Part shown: positions 17,683-27,300 of the stretch, in pieces
How positions within the stretch are numbered: position 1 is the first letter of the stretch
How the letters are laid out: the number at the start of each line of letters is the position of its first letter
From: Chlamydiales bacterium
Lineage (GTDB): Bacteria; Chlamydiota; Chlamydiia; Chlamydiales; JAAKFR01
DNA length: 32,000 bases
Direction: 5' to 3'
NCBI GenBank assembly: GCA_041395025.1
Contig: JAWLBH010000001.1
Span: 600,001 to 632,000 of the forward strand
Position numbers and translations under genes: made by a program
Notes under the pieces: generated by a model
Seen by the model: only the letters and a program-made list of their open reading frames with translations
What the model was told of the DNA's origin: nothing
Database searches by the model: none

Positions 17683-19050
17683 CTAAAAAACGTAATTATT
17701 GGGTATTTCTGTTCCTCGTGGAATCACCATAATTCCATCTCGTAGGATAATTCGTCCATCGGGAGAGTCATAATTTTGATATCTATCTCGATTGACAAGA
17801 GTCACATTATCTCCAATTTTCACATTTTGATCGATAATTGTTCGATCAATCTGGCAATTTTTCCCAATGGTAGGTTGCCTTAATGGATTATGATGGACTA
17901 AATCAGCATTGTAATCATTTCCAATGACAACTGAATCACGAATAGTACTGCCTTTTCCTAATATTATTCCAACTCCAAGTAAACTATGAACAACAGCCTT
18001 CCCTTCAACAATACTTCCTTCACAGATGAGAGATTCTTTAATTGAACAGTTCAAAATCTGAGCTCCAGGTAAATTATAGAGTTTTGTCATAAATTCATGG
18101 CTAACATCATAAGTATCTAAACCAAGTTGTTGACTATTTGATGGGTTAGTCAAAGCAAGGTTCGCATGATAGTAGGATTCTATTGTTCCAACATCTTCCC
18201 AATAACCCTTATAAAAAAAAACATGATTATCTCCTTTTTTAAGTTGAGATTTGATCAGATGTTCCCCGAAATCTTCACGAGGATCTTGAATAAGAAGATC
18301 AAAAAGTACTTGACGCTTAAAAAGATAAATTCCCATTGATCCAATATAATTCTTTCCTTTTTCAACAGGATAACCAATTTTATGAAGTGTAAGCGCATCG
18401 GTGTAATATTTTTTGAGAATCTTTTCCTCTTTTGGCTTTTCATAAAAATCAATAATCTCTGTCCCTCTTTGATGAATTTTAATTACTCCCATCCTTTTTG
18501 CCTCTTTTTTATTCACAGCTTGTGAGGCAATCACCATATCTGCCTTCACATCAACAGCAAAATTCACCATCTTTTGAAAATCAATGTTGTAAATTTGATC
18601 TCCCGATAAAATCAAGAAATAGTCAGCTGAGATTTGAGCAAAATAATCCAGATTTTGGCGTACTGCATCAGCAGTACCTTTGTATTCATCGTATTTACCA
18701 TCTTTTTCTTTAGGTACAAGTAGTTGAATTTGATTCTTAGAGATATCTTGATAGAGATACGTTTGCAAAAGATGTCTCTGTAGGGTATCAGAAAGATACT
18801 GCCCAATTACAAAAATTTTTGATAAACCTGATGAAAGAGAATTTGCAATAGGGACATCAATTAAGCAGTATCTACCTCCAAAAGATATCGCAGGTTTACA
18901 TTTAGTTTTTGTAAGAGGATCAAGGCGTTTCCCTTGACCTCCACCAAGGATAATCACGGCAATACGGTCCATCGAAATCTGGGAAGGAGCAATGAGTGAT
19001 TTATATTGAATTGGATCGAAATTAATATTAGAAAAAGGATTTACTAACAT
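17683..19050 (-). CDS. glgC: Glucose-1-phosphate adenylyltransferase
   Basis: N-terminal AVIILGGGQGKRLDPLTKTKCKPAISFGGRYCLIDVPIANSLSSG, GTADAV, and a C-terminal left-handed beta-helix repeat region. Length is 455 aa. Confidence 0.9.
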   Translation of the reverse strand: MLVNPFSNINFDPIQYKSLIAPSQISMDRIAVIILGGGQGKRLDPLTKTKCKPAISFGGRYCLIDVPIANSLSSGLSKIFVIGQYLSDTLQRHLLQTYLYQDISKNQIQLLVPKEKDGKYDEYKGTADAVRQNLDYFAQISADYFLILSGDQIYNIDFQKMVNFAVDVKADMVIASQAVNKKEAKRMGVIKIHQRGTEIIDFYEKPKEEKILKKYYTDALTLHKIGYPVEKGKNYIGSMGIYLFKRQVLFDLLIQDPREDFGEHLIKSQLKKGDNHVFFYKGYWEDVGTIESYYHANLALTNPSNSQQLGLDTYDVSHEFMTKLYNLPGAQILNCSIKESLICEGSIVEGKAVVHSLLGVGIILGKGSTIRDSVVIGNDYNADLVHHNPLRQPTIGKNCQIDRTIIDQNVKIGDNVTLVNRDRYQNYDSPDGRIILRDGIMVIPRGTEIPNNYVF

Positions 19051-19076
19051 TAGTCTATTTGTTTAAAAACATCATC

Positions 19077-19113
19077 TATAACTATTAATAGTTATAAATT
19101 ATAATATAGTCAA
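19077..19113 (-). promoter_or_regulatory. Promoter-like element overlapped by a perfect 20-bp palindrome upstream of glgC
   Basis: The minus strand reads TTGACT (19113-19108), a 17-nt spacer, then TATTAA (19090-19085). The perfect palindrome TATAACTATTAATAGTTATA (19077-19096) covers the -10 element. The glgC ATG is at 19050. Confidence 0.35.
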
Positions 19114-19139
19114 GTAATTTTTTTATCTATTATATGAAA

Positions 19140-19907
19140 TTAAAAAAGAAGTTCTTGATAAGCATTCCATCCCGCTTTGCGGTATTTTTCTGCTTCTAAA
19201 CGAGGATTTTTGGCATCATAGATTCCACGTCCAACAATGATGAGATCACTCTTTCTCTCTTTAATAACTTTTTGAGGAGTGTGATATTGCTGACCAAGCG
19301 AATCTTCTTGATCTAAAAATTTGACACCAGGAGTCATATGAATAAAACCAGGATGATTGGTTAATTGATGAGTGCAGATAAATCCTATAACGAAATCTGT
19401 GTGTGCTTCTGCCCATTGTATAGCGTGTTGTGTATAAAGCCCTTTTGCCAGATTTTCTTTTGAGCTCATTTCTGCTAACAAAAGTAATCCTCGACCTTTT
19501 TTAAGACCTACCTCTTTTAGTCCCTGAATAATCCCCGGTCCTGGAACAAGATGCGCATTTATGATATGAGCCCATTCACAAATACGATAGATTCCTTGTC
19601 CATATTGCTGCTTCACAGTATTGCCAATATCTGCGAATTTTCTATCTTCAAAAATCAAAAAATGATGTTTTTCAGCGAGAGAAGAGAGTTTTTTAGGAAG
19701 TTCTGGGGTAAAATCCTCAATAATATCGATGTGAGTTTTTAAAAGACAGATCTCAGAACCGAGATTTTCAGCAATATCAAGGAGTGCTGCTTGTCTGGTT
19801 ACATCAGCTGCAATGCCAAGATTAGTCTGTTTTTTGTCCATTAACTTAAGTAAATTTCTACCTATCGGATTGGATGAATAGTGGCTACGTTGAGAATACG
19901 TTAACAT
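19140..19907 (-). CDS. pyrF: Orotidine-5'-phosphate decarboxylase, eukaryote-like (URA3/UMPS C-domain) type
   Basis: ICLLKTHIDIIEDF, FLIFEDRKFADIGNTVKQQY, LLLLAEMSS, LGQQYHTPQKVI and IIVGRGIY are nearly collinear with the human UMPS C-terminal domain and yeast URA3 as I recall them. Confidence 0.9.
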   Translation of the reverse strand: MLTYSQRSHYSSNPIGRNLLKLMDKKQTNLGIAADVTRQAALLDIAENLGSEICLLKTHIDIIEDFTPELPKKLSSLAEKHHFLIFEDRKFADIGNTVKQQYGQGIYRICEWAHIINAHLVPGPGIIQGLKEVGLKKGRGLLLLAEMSSKENLAKGLYTQHAIQWAEAHTDFVIGFICTHQLTNHPGFIHMTPGVKFLDQEDSLGQQYHTPQKVIKERKSDLIIVGRGIYDAKNPRLEAEKYRKAGWNAYQELLF

Positions 19908-20518
19908 TGATTTTCTTTGATGAATCTTTCTATGAATTCTAGATCTTTTGGACTCATCTGATTTTTTAATGCATGTAGAAAATCGGTCATCGTAAAAAGA
20001 GAGTGAAGATGATATCCTTTATCCTCAATGAACTGCTTACCCCCTTGTTCACGATCCAATAGAACGATAATATCTGTCACTTTTAGTCCGACTTTCTCAA
20101 GAGGTTCGATCGTTTCAAATATGCTTAAGCCACTCGTGATCAGATCTTCAATGACAAGGCAGTTTTGTCCATATTCAAAAGCACCTTCAATGATTTTTTT
20201 CATTCCATAATTTTTTACCTCTTTGCGACGCATGACCATGGGAAGATTTTGTTGTAAAGAGAGAGCTGTTGCAATAGGCAATGCAGTATAAGGAACTCCG
20301 CACACTCTTTGAAAAAGCTTATGTTCTACTTTTTCCCACATTTTTTCAGCAATTTCCTGAAGAAGTGTTGGATAAGAAATGATAAGACGCAGATCAACAT
20401 AAATAGGAGATAGCATTCCACTTTTTAAAGTGAACTCTCCAAAATTAATTGCACCAATTTCATAAAGTTGTTGAATTAACATTTGTGTAAGTACCTCATT
20501 GCTAAGTAAGGATCCCAC
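19901..20518 (-). CDS. pyrE: Orotate phosphoribosyltransferase (UMPS N-domain-like)
   Basis: FGEFTLKSGMLSPIYVDLR, VCGVPYTALPIA, the PRPP motif CLVIEDLITSGLS, and VLLDREQGG. An alternative start at 20482 (MLIQQLY) is possible. The 3' end overlaps the pyrF ATG by 7 nt. Confidence 0.9.
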   Translation of the reverse strand: MGSLLSNEVLTQMLIQQLYEIGAINFGEFTLKSGMLSPIYVDLRLIISYPTLLQEIAEKMWEKVEHKLFQRVCGVPYTALPIATALSLQQNLPMVMRRKEVKNYGMKKIIEGAFEYGQNCLVIEDLITSGLSIFETIEPLEKVGLKVTDIIVLLDREQGGKQFIEDKGYHLHSLFTMTDFLHALKNQMSPKDLEFIERFIKENQC

Positions 20519-21570
20519 ATCATGCCGACTGCACTCATTGCAACATCAGCTCCTCTATTAAAAAATTCATCAAAGTGGTCAGGAAGAGTCACACCTCCCG
20601 TTCCCATAATCGTCATTCCTAGCTGTTCTTCTTCATTGACAGCCACTGCTTTCTCAATAAAATCTAAAGCGAGTGGACGAATGGGATCTCCACAAACTCC
20701 AGCACGTAAACGACCCTGACCAAGTGCTGGTCTCTGGTCTTTTGTAATAATTTGCATACTCACAGTGTTAATTCCACAAATCGCACTCGCTCCTCCTTGA
20801 GCAGCGGCACACATTACACTCCGAATGACTTCTTTATCTTCAATTAAACCTACCTTAATGACTAGGGGAACTGATTGAATGACTTGCTTAATTCGTTGGG
20901 AAATATCTAAAACAGCTTGAGGATTCATAAACAGACTTCCCTCACAGGTTAACACATTTGGACAAGACAAATCGGCTTCAATAATTTTTGCTCCTCCTCG
21001 AATAGCAATAGAGGCTGCTGTTACAAAATCTTCAAAAAAATCTCTTTGATCACGTGGGGTTCCAACCACCGAAACAATCATTACCTGCCCTGAACAAAGC
21101 CCCGCATTTGCACAAGCAATATCCTCCACTAAAAAACCCCGGTCTTGTGAGGGAATGCCAAACGAATTGGTTGTTGCTAATGAATGCATAGTTAAAGGAG
21201 GAGTAGGACTCTGATAAATAGAATCATGACAGCGCTTGTAGGTGAGAACTCCTTGTGTATCAATATAAATCATATTTGGCAAAGGATGGGCAGGGTGAGG
21301 CTGACTTCGAATAGTTTTGTATGTGACAATATCAAAGCCCATAGTCGCAGCAAAAATTACCCAAGAGGAATTGAGTAAAGGCCCAGCCGGAACACCAAGA
21401 GGAGAAGCAATTGAAAATCCAAGAAAATTTATCCATTTTTCTTCAGGAGGAAATATGCGTTCTGGTATTTTCCCCTTAAAGAAAGGACCTTGTTTAAAGT
21501 TTTCAAGATAACTTTTTTTAATGTCATAAATAGGAGGCTTTTCTGGCCACCATATAGGAAATGTGTTCAT
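20476..21570 (-). CDS. pyrD: Dihydroorotate dehydrogenase, family 1-like (catalytic Cys)
   Basis: SPLGVPAGP, TNSFGIP, IEADLSCPNV (Cys base typical of class 1), GINTVS and GTGGV. It has about 45 extra N-terminal residues relative to lactococcal class 1A as I recall it. No pyrK is adjacent. Confidence 0.8.
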   Translation of the reverse strand: MNTFPIWWPEKPPIYDIKKSYLENFKQGPFFKGKIPERIFPPEEKWINFLGFSIASPLGVPAGPLLNSSWVIFAATMGFDIVTYKTIRSQPHPAHPLPNMIYIDTQGVLTYKRCHDSIYQSPTPPLTMHSLATTNSFGIPSQDRGFLVEDIACANAGLCSGQVMIVSVVGTPRDQRDFFEDFVTAASIAIRGGAKIIEADLSCPNVLTCEGSLFMNPQAVLDISQRIKQVIQSVPLVIKVGLIEDKEVIRSVMCAAAQGGASAICGINTVSMQIITKDQRPALGQGRLRAGVCGDPIRPLALDFIEKAVAVNEEEQLGMTIMGTGGVTLPDHFDEFFNRGADVAMSAVGMMWDPYLAMRYLHKC

Positions 21571-21575
21571 GATCC

Positions 21576-21854
21576 ATGACTCTTATACATACAAATATGC
21601 AAACTAAGATTTTCATTGGAATCCGTCTCACGCTGAACTTGAAATTCCAATTAGGAGATATTCCTCCTATATTTTCTTCCTATCTATATGAAGAAAAAGA
21701 ATACCTTGGCATTTACCTTAACTCACAGCCTCTTACTTTGCATCAGATCCGTGAATGTCGCGACTTGTTTCTTATAAATTTGCAAGAATATTATCCTGAC
21801 CATCGATTTGATCATATTCCTATTCTCCTCTTCCCTCAACTATTTATCGGTTAA
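21576..21854 (+). CDS. Hypothetical 92-aa protein on the opposite strand, filling the pyrC-pyrD gap
   Basis: The open frame spans almost exactly the only non-coding gap of the pyr operon. No gene lies on the other strand, so it is not an antisense shadow, and a 92-codon open frame is unlikely by chance in AT-rich DNA. No family is recognised, no SD is seen, and the ATG is 5 bp from the pyrD ATG. Confidence 0.4.
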   Translation: MTLIHTNMQTKIFIGIRLTLNLKFQLGDIPPIFSSYLYEEKEYLGIYLNSQPLTLHQIRECRDLFLINLQEYYPDHRFDHIPILLFPQLFIG

Positions 21855-23019
21855 CAGAATATCTCTTCCCAGAGATCATGACATACTTAGGCCATCCACG
21901 CAAAGTTCTCTCTCGATAAGGAGTCCAACCGCATTTCGATTTAATCAGCTCATCTGTGACAGTGATTTCTCTATTCAAATCGACAAGAACTACATCGTCT
22001 TTAACGGGTAAATTAAAAATCTTTCTTGGGTTTGTGTGAGTCAACTCAATCATCTTTTCTAAGGTTAATCTACCATGATAGACCGCATCGAGCATTAAGG
22101 GAAGGAGGGTTTCTAGACCAGGGATTCCAGAAGGAGCCATTGGAAAAGGGCGTTGTTTATCTGCAATCGTATGGGGAGCATGATCTGTTCCAATAGTATC
22201 GATCGTGCCATCTAAAATTCCCTCCCAAAGAGCTTCCTGATCAGCTTTTGAGCGTAAGGGAGGATTGACCTGCACAAATGTCCCAAAATTGAAATAATCT
22301 TCTTCACTTAAAAAAAGATGATGAGTCGTAGCTTCACAGTAAATAGGAAGACCTTCAGCTTTAGCTTTGCGCACGAGTTCTACTTCTTCTTTAGTACTCA
22401 TATGCAAAATATAGAGTGAAACACCATACTTACGGGCCAGTTGAATCGCTTTTGAGGTTGCAAGAATGGCTGCTTCCTTGGGACGCATCTGAGAATGAGT
22501 AGCTGGATGAGTAGCATTTTTAAACTCTTCCCTTTTTCTTGCTAACAAGGATTCGTCTTCAGCATGGACTGCAACTAGCATCCCTACACTTGCTGCAGTA
22601 CGGAATGCCTCGTTTAAGGCTTGATCAGTATCGATTACAAGTCCTCCTGTACTGCACCCCATAAAGATTTTTAATGCAACACAATGATGACTTGCTTCAC
22701 TCACCTCATGAAAATGTTCCTTATCTGCTCCAAAATAGAGTCCGTATGATAAAGGTATATCGATACTTTGAAGCTGCCTGTCAATCAATTTTTTTTTCTC
22801 TTTTAAAGCTGCGATAGTCGTACAAGGAGGCGAATTATTAGGCATATCACAAACAGTCGTAATGCCCCCATGGATAGCTGCAATGGCTCCTGTAATCCAG
22901 TCTTCCTTGTATTCCTCTCCAGGAACACGGAAATGGACATGCGGATCAATCAAAGCTGGAATAGCTGTCAGATTGGAAAAATGGTCTTTAAAAGGTGTCA
23001 TAGGCAAAATGCTTATCAC
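21844..23019 (-). CDS. pyrC: Dihydroorotase (type I / CAD-like)
   Basis: ALIDPHVHFRVPG (HxH), GGITTVCDMPNN, VHAEDE and GTDHAPH. An alternative start MTPFKD at 23001 is possible. The gene overlaps the pyrI 3' end. Confidence 0.9.
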   Translation of the reverse strand: MISILPMTPFKDHFSNLTAIPALIDPHVHFRVPGEEYKEDWITGAIAAIHGGITTVCDMPNNSPPCTTIAALKEKKKLIDRQLQSIDIPLSYGLYFGADKEHFHEVSEASHHCVALKIFMGCSTGGLVIDTDQALNEAFRTAASVGMLVAVHAEDESLLARKREEFKNATHPATHSQMRPKEAAILATSKAIQLARKYGVSLYILHMSTKEEVELVRKAKAEGLPIYCEATTHHLFLSEEDYFNFGTFVQVNPPLRSKADQEALWEGILDGTIDTIGTDHAPHTIADKQRPFPMAPSGIPGLETLLPLMLDAVYHGRLTLEKMIELTHTNPRKIFNLPVKDDVVLVDLNREITVTDELIKSKCGWTPYRERTLRGWPKYVMISGKRYSVNR

Positions 23020-23434
23020 AGTAATAACATTTTAGAGAAATTAAATGAGAAGATACCGAGACTTTAAAACGCGTCAATATCTCCTGATGGTTAGTGACAC
23101 AATGCTCATTAGAACAGTGCAAAATTCCTTCAATTTTTTCAGGGAGAGTGACAGAAAATTTCTTCACTAACTCAAAATTTTGGATAATGTTTATCGTTGC
23201 CTTAGGCGCAAATATAGCAATTTGACTAGCTTCACTTTCACTTACCTCTCTTCCTTCAACTTTCAGCAAATCTTTATATCCCATTGTTTTGCTTGGAAGA
23301 TTGAGACCCAAAGTGACTTGATGGCGATAACTAGCAAGTTTTAATAAATGGGCGATACGCAACCCTGTTTTTGCTGGAATATGATCAATAACAGTGCCAT
23401 ATTCAATGGCAGCAACTGAAAGAAATTCTTTCAT
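22988..23434 (-). CDS. pyrI: Aspartate carbamoyltransferase regulatory subunit
   Basis: N-terminal IEYGTVIDHIPA, a C-terminal zinc cluster CSNEHCVTN...LKCYYCDKHF (CxxxxC...CxxC), length 148 aa. The ATG directly follows the pyrB stop. Confidence 0.85.
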   Translation of the reverse strand: MKEFLSVAAIEYGTVIDHIPAKTGLRIAHLLKLASYRHQVTLGLNLPSKTMGYKDLLKVEGREVSESEASQIAIFAPKATINIIQNFELVKKFSVTLPEKIEGILHCSNEHCVTNHQEILTRFKVSVSSHLISLKCYYCDKHFAYDTF

Positions 23435-24334
23435 TTATTTACCTAAAAGTTTACATAACAAGGCTTGCCTAACATAGACTCCATTCTGAGCTTGTGGAAA
23501 ATAGTAAGCATATTTTGTTTCATCAACCTCTCGAGCGATTTCATTGAGACGTGGAAGTGGATGAAGAATTTTTAGTCCCTCTTTTGCTTGATTCAAAATC
23601 TCTTTATTTAGAATACAGTGATCTTTAAGAGAATGATAATTTTCTAAAGAAGGAAACCGTTCTTTTTGCAGGCGAGTCATATAAACAATATCTGCTTTTT
23701 CAATCACCTCTTTGATCGTATGATGAAAGGAAAAAGGAATCCCAGCTTGTTTGAGTACTTCAGAGAGAGATTTAGGAATCGATAAACTTGGTGGAGAGAC
23801 GAAATAAAGACGTACATCAAAATGCTTCAATCCATAAATAAGAGAATGGACGACTCTGCTATAGAGCAAATCCCCTATACATAGAATACAAAGCCCATCG
23901 ATTGTTTGATGAGATTCTTGAATGGAAAAAAGATCGACCAGAGTCTGTGAAGGATGTTCATTGGCTCCATCACCCGCATTAATCACTGGTTTATCTGTCA
24001 CCTCAGCCGCCAAGCGTGCTGATCCCTCAAGAGGATGACGAATCACCATCATATCGGAGTAAAGAGCGATAATTTTGATAGAATCATAAAGAGACTCCCC
24101 TTTTTGTATGGCAGTTGATAGATGATCGGCAAAGCCGATCACTTCTCCTCCTAATTGCTTCATGGCGACCTCAAAAGATAAGCGAGTGCGTGTTGAGGGT
24201 TCAAAAAAACAGTTTGCCATCACATATTTTTCTAAAATTCGCCCAGGAGGATGAGTTTTTATCTTTAGAGATGCCTTCAAAATAACTTCGATCTCTTCTC
24301 TAGATAAATCTTTGATGGAGATTAAATCTTTCAC
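23435..24334 (-). CDS. pyrB: Aspartate carbamoyltransferase catalytic subunit
   Basis: FFEPSTRTRLSFE, NEHPSQTLVD and ILHPLPRLNEI. The GTG start overlaps the carB TGA (GTGA). Confidence 0.92.
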   Translation of the reverse strand: MKDLISIKDLSREEIEVILKASLKIKTHPPGRILEKYVMANCFFEPSTRTRLSFEVAMKQLGGEVIGFADHLSTAIQKGESLYDSIKIIALYSDMMVIRHPLEGSARLAAEVTDKPVINAGDGANEHPSQTLVDLFSIQESHQTIDGLCILCIGDLLYSRVVHSLIYGLKHFDVRLYFVSPPSLSIPKSLSEVLKQAGIPFSFHHTIKEVIEKADIVYMTRLQKERFPSLENYHSLKDHCILNKEILNQAKEGLKILHPLPRLNEIAREVDETKYAYYFPQAQNGVYVRQALLCKLLGK

Positions 24335-27300
24335 AGTCTCCCTCCTAAAAATTCATGCCAAGATTTTACTTCAGGTAATTTTTCTAAATCGACCAAAGAT
24401 TGTAAAAAAACTAATGCAATTTGAAGATTAGTAATTAATGGAATATGATAGTCAATAGCAAGACGACGAATTTGAAACCCATCTGTTACATTTTTCGAAG
24501 AGGGCAGATGATGTGGGATATTAATAATTAAGTTCACTTGATGTTTAGTAATTGTTTCGAAAATATTGGGATGATACCCCTCACTGATCTTAAATACACA
24601 TCGTGTGGCTAACCCCTCTCTGGATAGAAAATCATGCGTACCAGGTGTCGTATGAATCTTCCATCCTTGACTATCTAATTTTTTTAGTGCATTAAGGAAT
24701 TTTGCTCTTTGTTCTCTGTTGACGCTGACAAGAATGTCTTTGCCTTTAACCATTTGTTCGGTTGCCTCCCATGAGCGAAAAAACGCTTCAATCAGATTGT
24801 CTCCTAAACAAGCCACCTCTCCTGTTGAAGCCATTTCCACATGAGCAACTGGATTAGCTCCCTTAAGACGATGATAAGAAAATTGGGGAGTTTTAATTCC
24901 TACATAATTGAGATCTAAAGTGTTATAAGAACGAGGTAGATAAACATCAAGTATAGCTTCAGTCGCAATCTGGATAAAATTATATCCTGTCACCTTAGAG
25001 ACAAAAGGAAAAGAACGTGAAGCACGAATATTCAACTCAATGACTTTAATTGCATTATCTTTTGCGATAAATTGAATGTTAAATGGTCCCGTAATATTTA
25101 GTATCTGAATAATGCGACGAGTAATTGACTTTGTTTGCCGAATTGTTTCGAGATAGAGTTTTTGAGGAGGAAGTACAAGTGTTGCATCTCCTGAATGAAC
25201 ACCAGCATTTTCAATATGCTCTGAAACAGCTTCGATGATTACTTCTCCTCTGATTGCAACACCATCTATTTCCAGCTCTTTTGCATTTAGGATAAACTGC
25301 GATAAGACAACCGGATGTTGACGAGAGACAATGGTTGCTTCCTCAAGATATTTCTCAAGTTCATCTTCATTGTAAATGACATTCATTGCCGCTCCTGAAA
25401 GGACATAGGAAGGACGAACTAAAATTGGATAACCCACATCCATTGCAAAACAACGTGCTTTTTCTATAGAACTCACTTCAGTCCAAAGAGGTTGATCGAT
25501 GGAGAGTTCATTGAGTAAGGAAGAAAATTTCTGACGATTCTCAGCCATATCAATCGAAGAAGAAGAAGAACCCATAATACGATAACCTGCAGCATCAATT
25601 GCAAGAGCTAGATTATTTGCAATCTGTCCTCCGACAGAAACGATGATTCCTTCTGGAGATTCAAAATCTGCAATATCTAAGATTCGCTCAAGGGTTAGCT
25701 CTTCGAAATAGAGACGATCTGACTCATCATAATCAGTAGATACTGTCTCTGGATTAGAGTTAATCATAATTGTTGGCACGTGATGGTGCCTTAATGTACG
25801 TATTGTGTTGACTGCGCACCAGTCAAATTCAACTGAAGAGCCGATCGCATAGGGTCCTGAACCAAGTACAATCATTGGAGAAGGAGTCAACGGTAAAACA
25901 TCATTTGAGATCCCGTGATAGGTCAAGTATAAGTAATTGGTTTTAGCATCAAACTCTCCAGCCAAAGTATCAATCTGTTTAATCACAGGCTTTACACCTA
26001 AACTTAACCGTTTGAAGCGAATTGTTTCTTCTTTTTCATCTTTCAAAAGGGCAATAGCTCGATCAGAAAATCCAAAACGCTTTGCACGCCTGATCATCTT
26101 TTCAATCGGGGTTTTTCGAATCTCCTCTTCCATCTTAACTAAATCCATGAGTTGATACAAAAACCATTGATCAATGTGTGAAAGAGCATGAATTTCGTCA
26201 GCATCCATCCCTTGACGCATCATCTCAGCAATTGCATAAAGACGGCGATCAGTCGCAATTTCAATCTCTTGCTTTGGATCTGGGATGGAATATGGATAAT
26301 CAAAAAGAGAACAACATCCAATATTTAGCATGCGAATGGCTTTTTGAAGTGCCTCAGGAAATGAGCGCCCAATTGCCATGACCTCACCCACACTCTTCAT
26401 CTCAGATCCAATCGTTCTCTCAGCACGTAGTTTATTTGTATCCCATCGGGGCATCTTTACTACAACATAATCAAGAGCTGGTTCAAAAAAAGCTGAGGTC
26501 TCCTTAGTTACAGAATTTTTAATTTCATAGAGTCTATAACCAAGTGCTAATTTTGCAGCGACAAAAGCAAGCGGATACCCTGTTGCTTTTGAAGCAAGTG
26601 CACTCGATCGAGAAAGACGGGCATTCACCTCAATCACTCGATAATCTATACGGTTTGGGTGAACAGCATACTGAATATTGCACTCTCCAATAACACCTAA
26701 ATGACTCACTGTTTTAATCGCGATCTCACGAAGCATGTGATATTCTTGATTATTCAATGTCTGAGAAGGGGCAATCACAATGCTTTCTCCTGTATGAATT
26801 CCCATGGGATCAAAGTTTTCCATATTACAGACGGTAATCGTGTTACTATCCCTATCACGCATCACTTCATATTCAATTTCCTTCCATCCAACCAGGTATT
26901 CTTCAATTAAAATTTGTGGCGCTTTACTCAACGCCTCAGAAGCAAGAGAGACAAGCTCTGCTTCATTCCTGGCTTTTCCTGATCCTAAACCACCCAAAGA
27001 AAAACCAGAGCGTAGCATAAGAGGATATCCAATTTTTTCTGCGCCCAATTTTGCTTCCTCAATTGTCGTTGCAATATGACTAGCTGCTGTTTTAACTCCA
27101 ATACTATCAAGAGATTCTTTGAAAAGTTTTCTATCTTCTGTAAGACGAATCGTACTGACTGGTGTTCCTAATACCTCAACTCCAAATTGCGCTAAAAATC
27201 CACTTGCATCGAGTGCCAAACCTAAATTAAGAGCTGTCTGCCCACCAAAGCTAAGGAGGATGGCATTAGGCTTTTCCTTCTCAATAATCTTTTCAACTGT

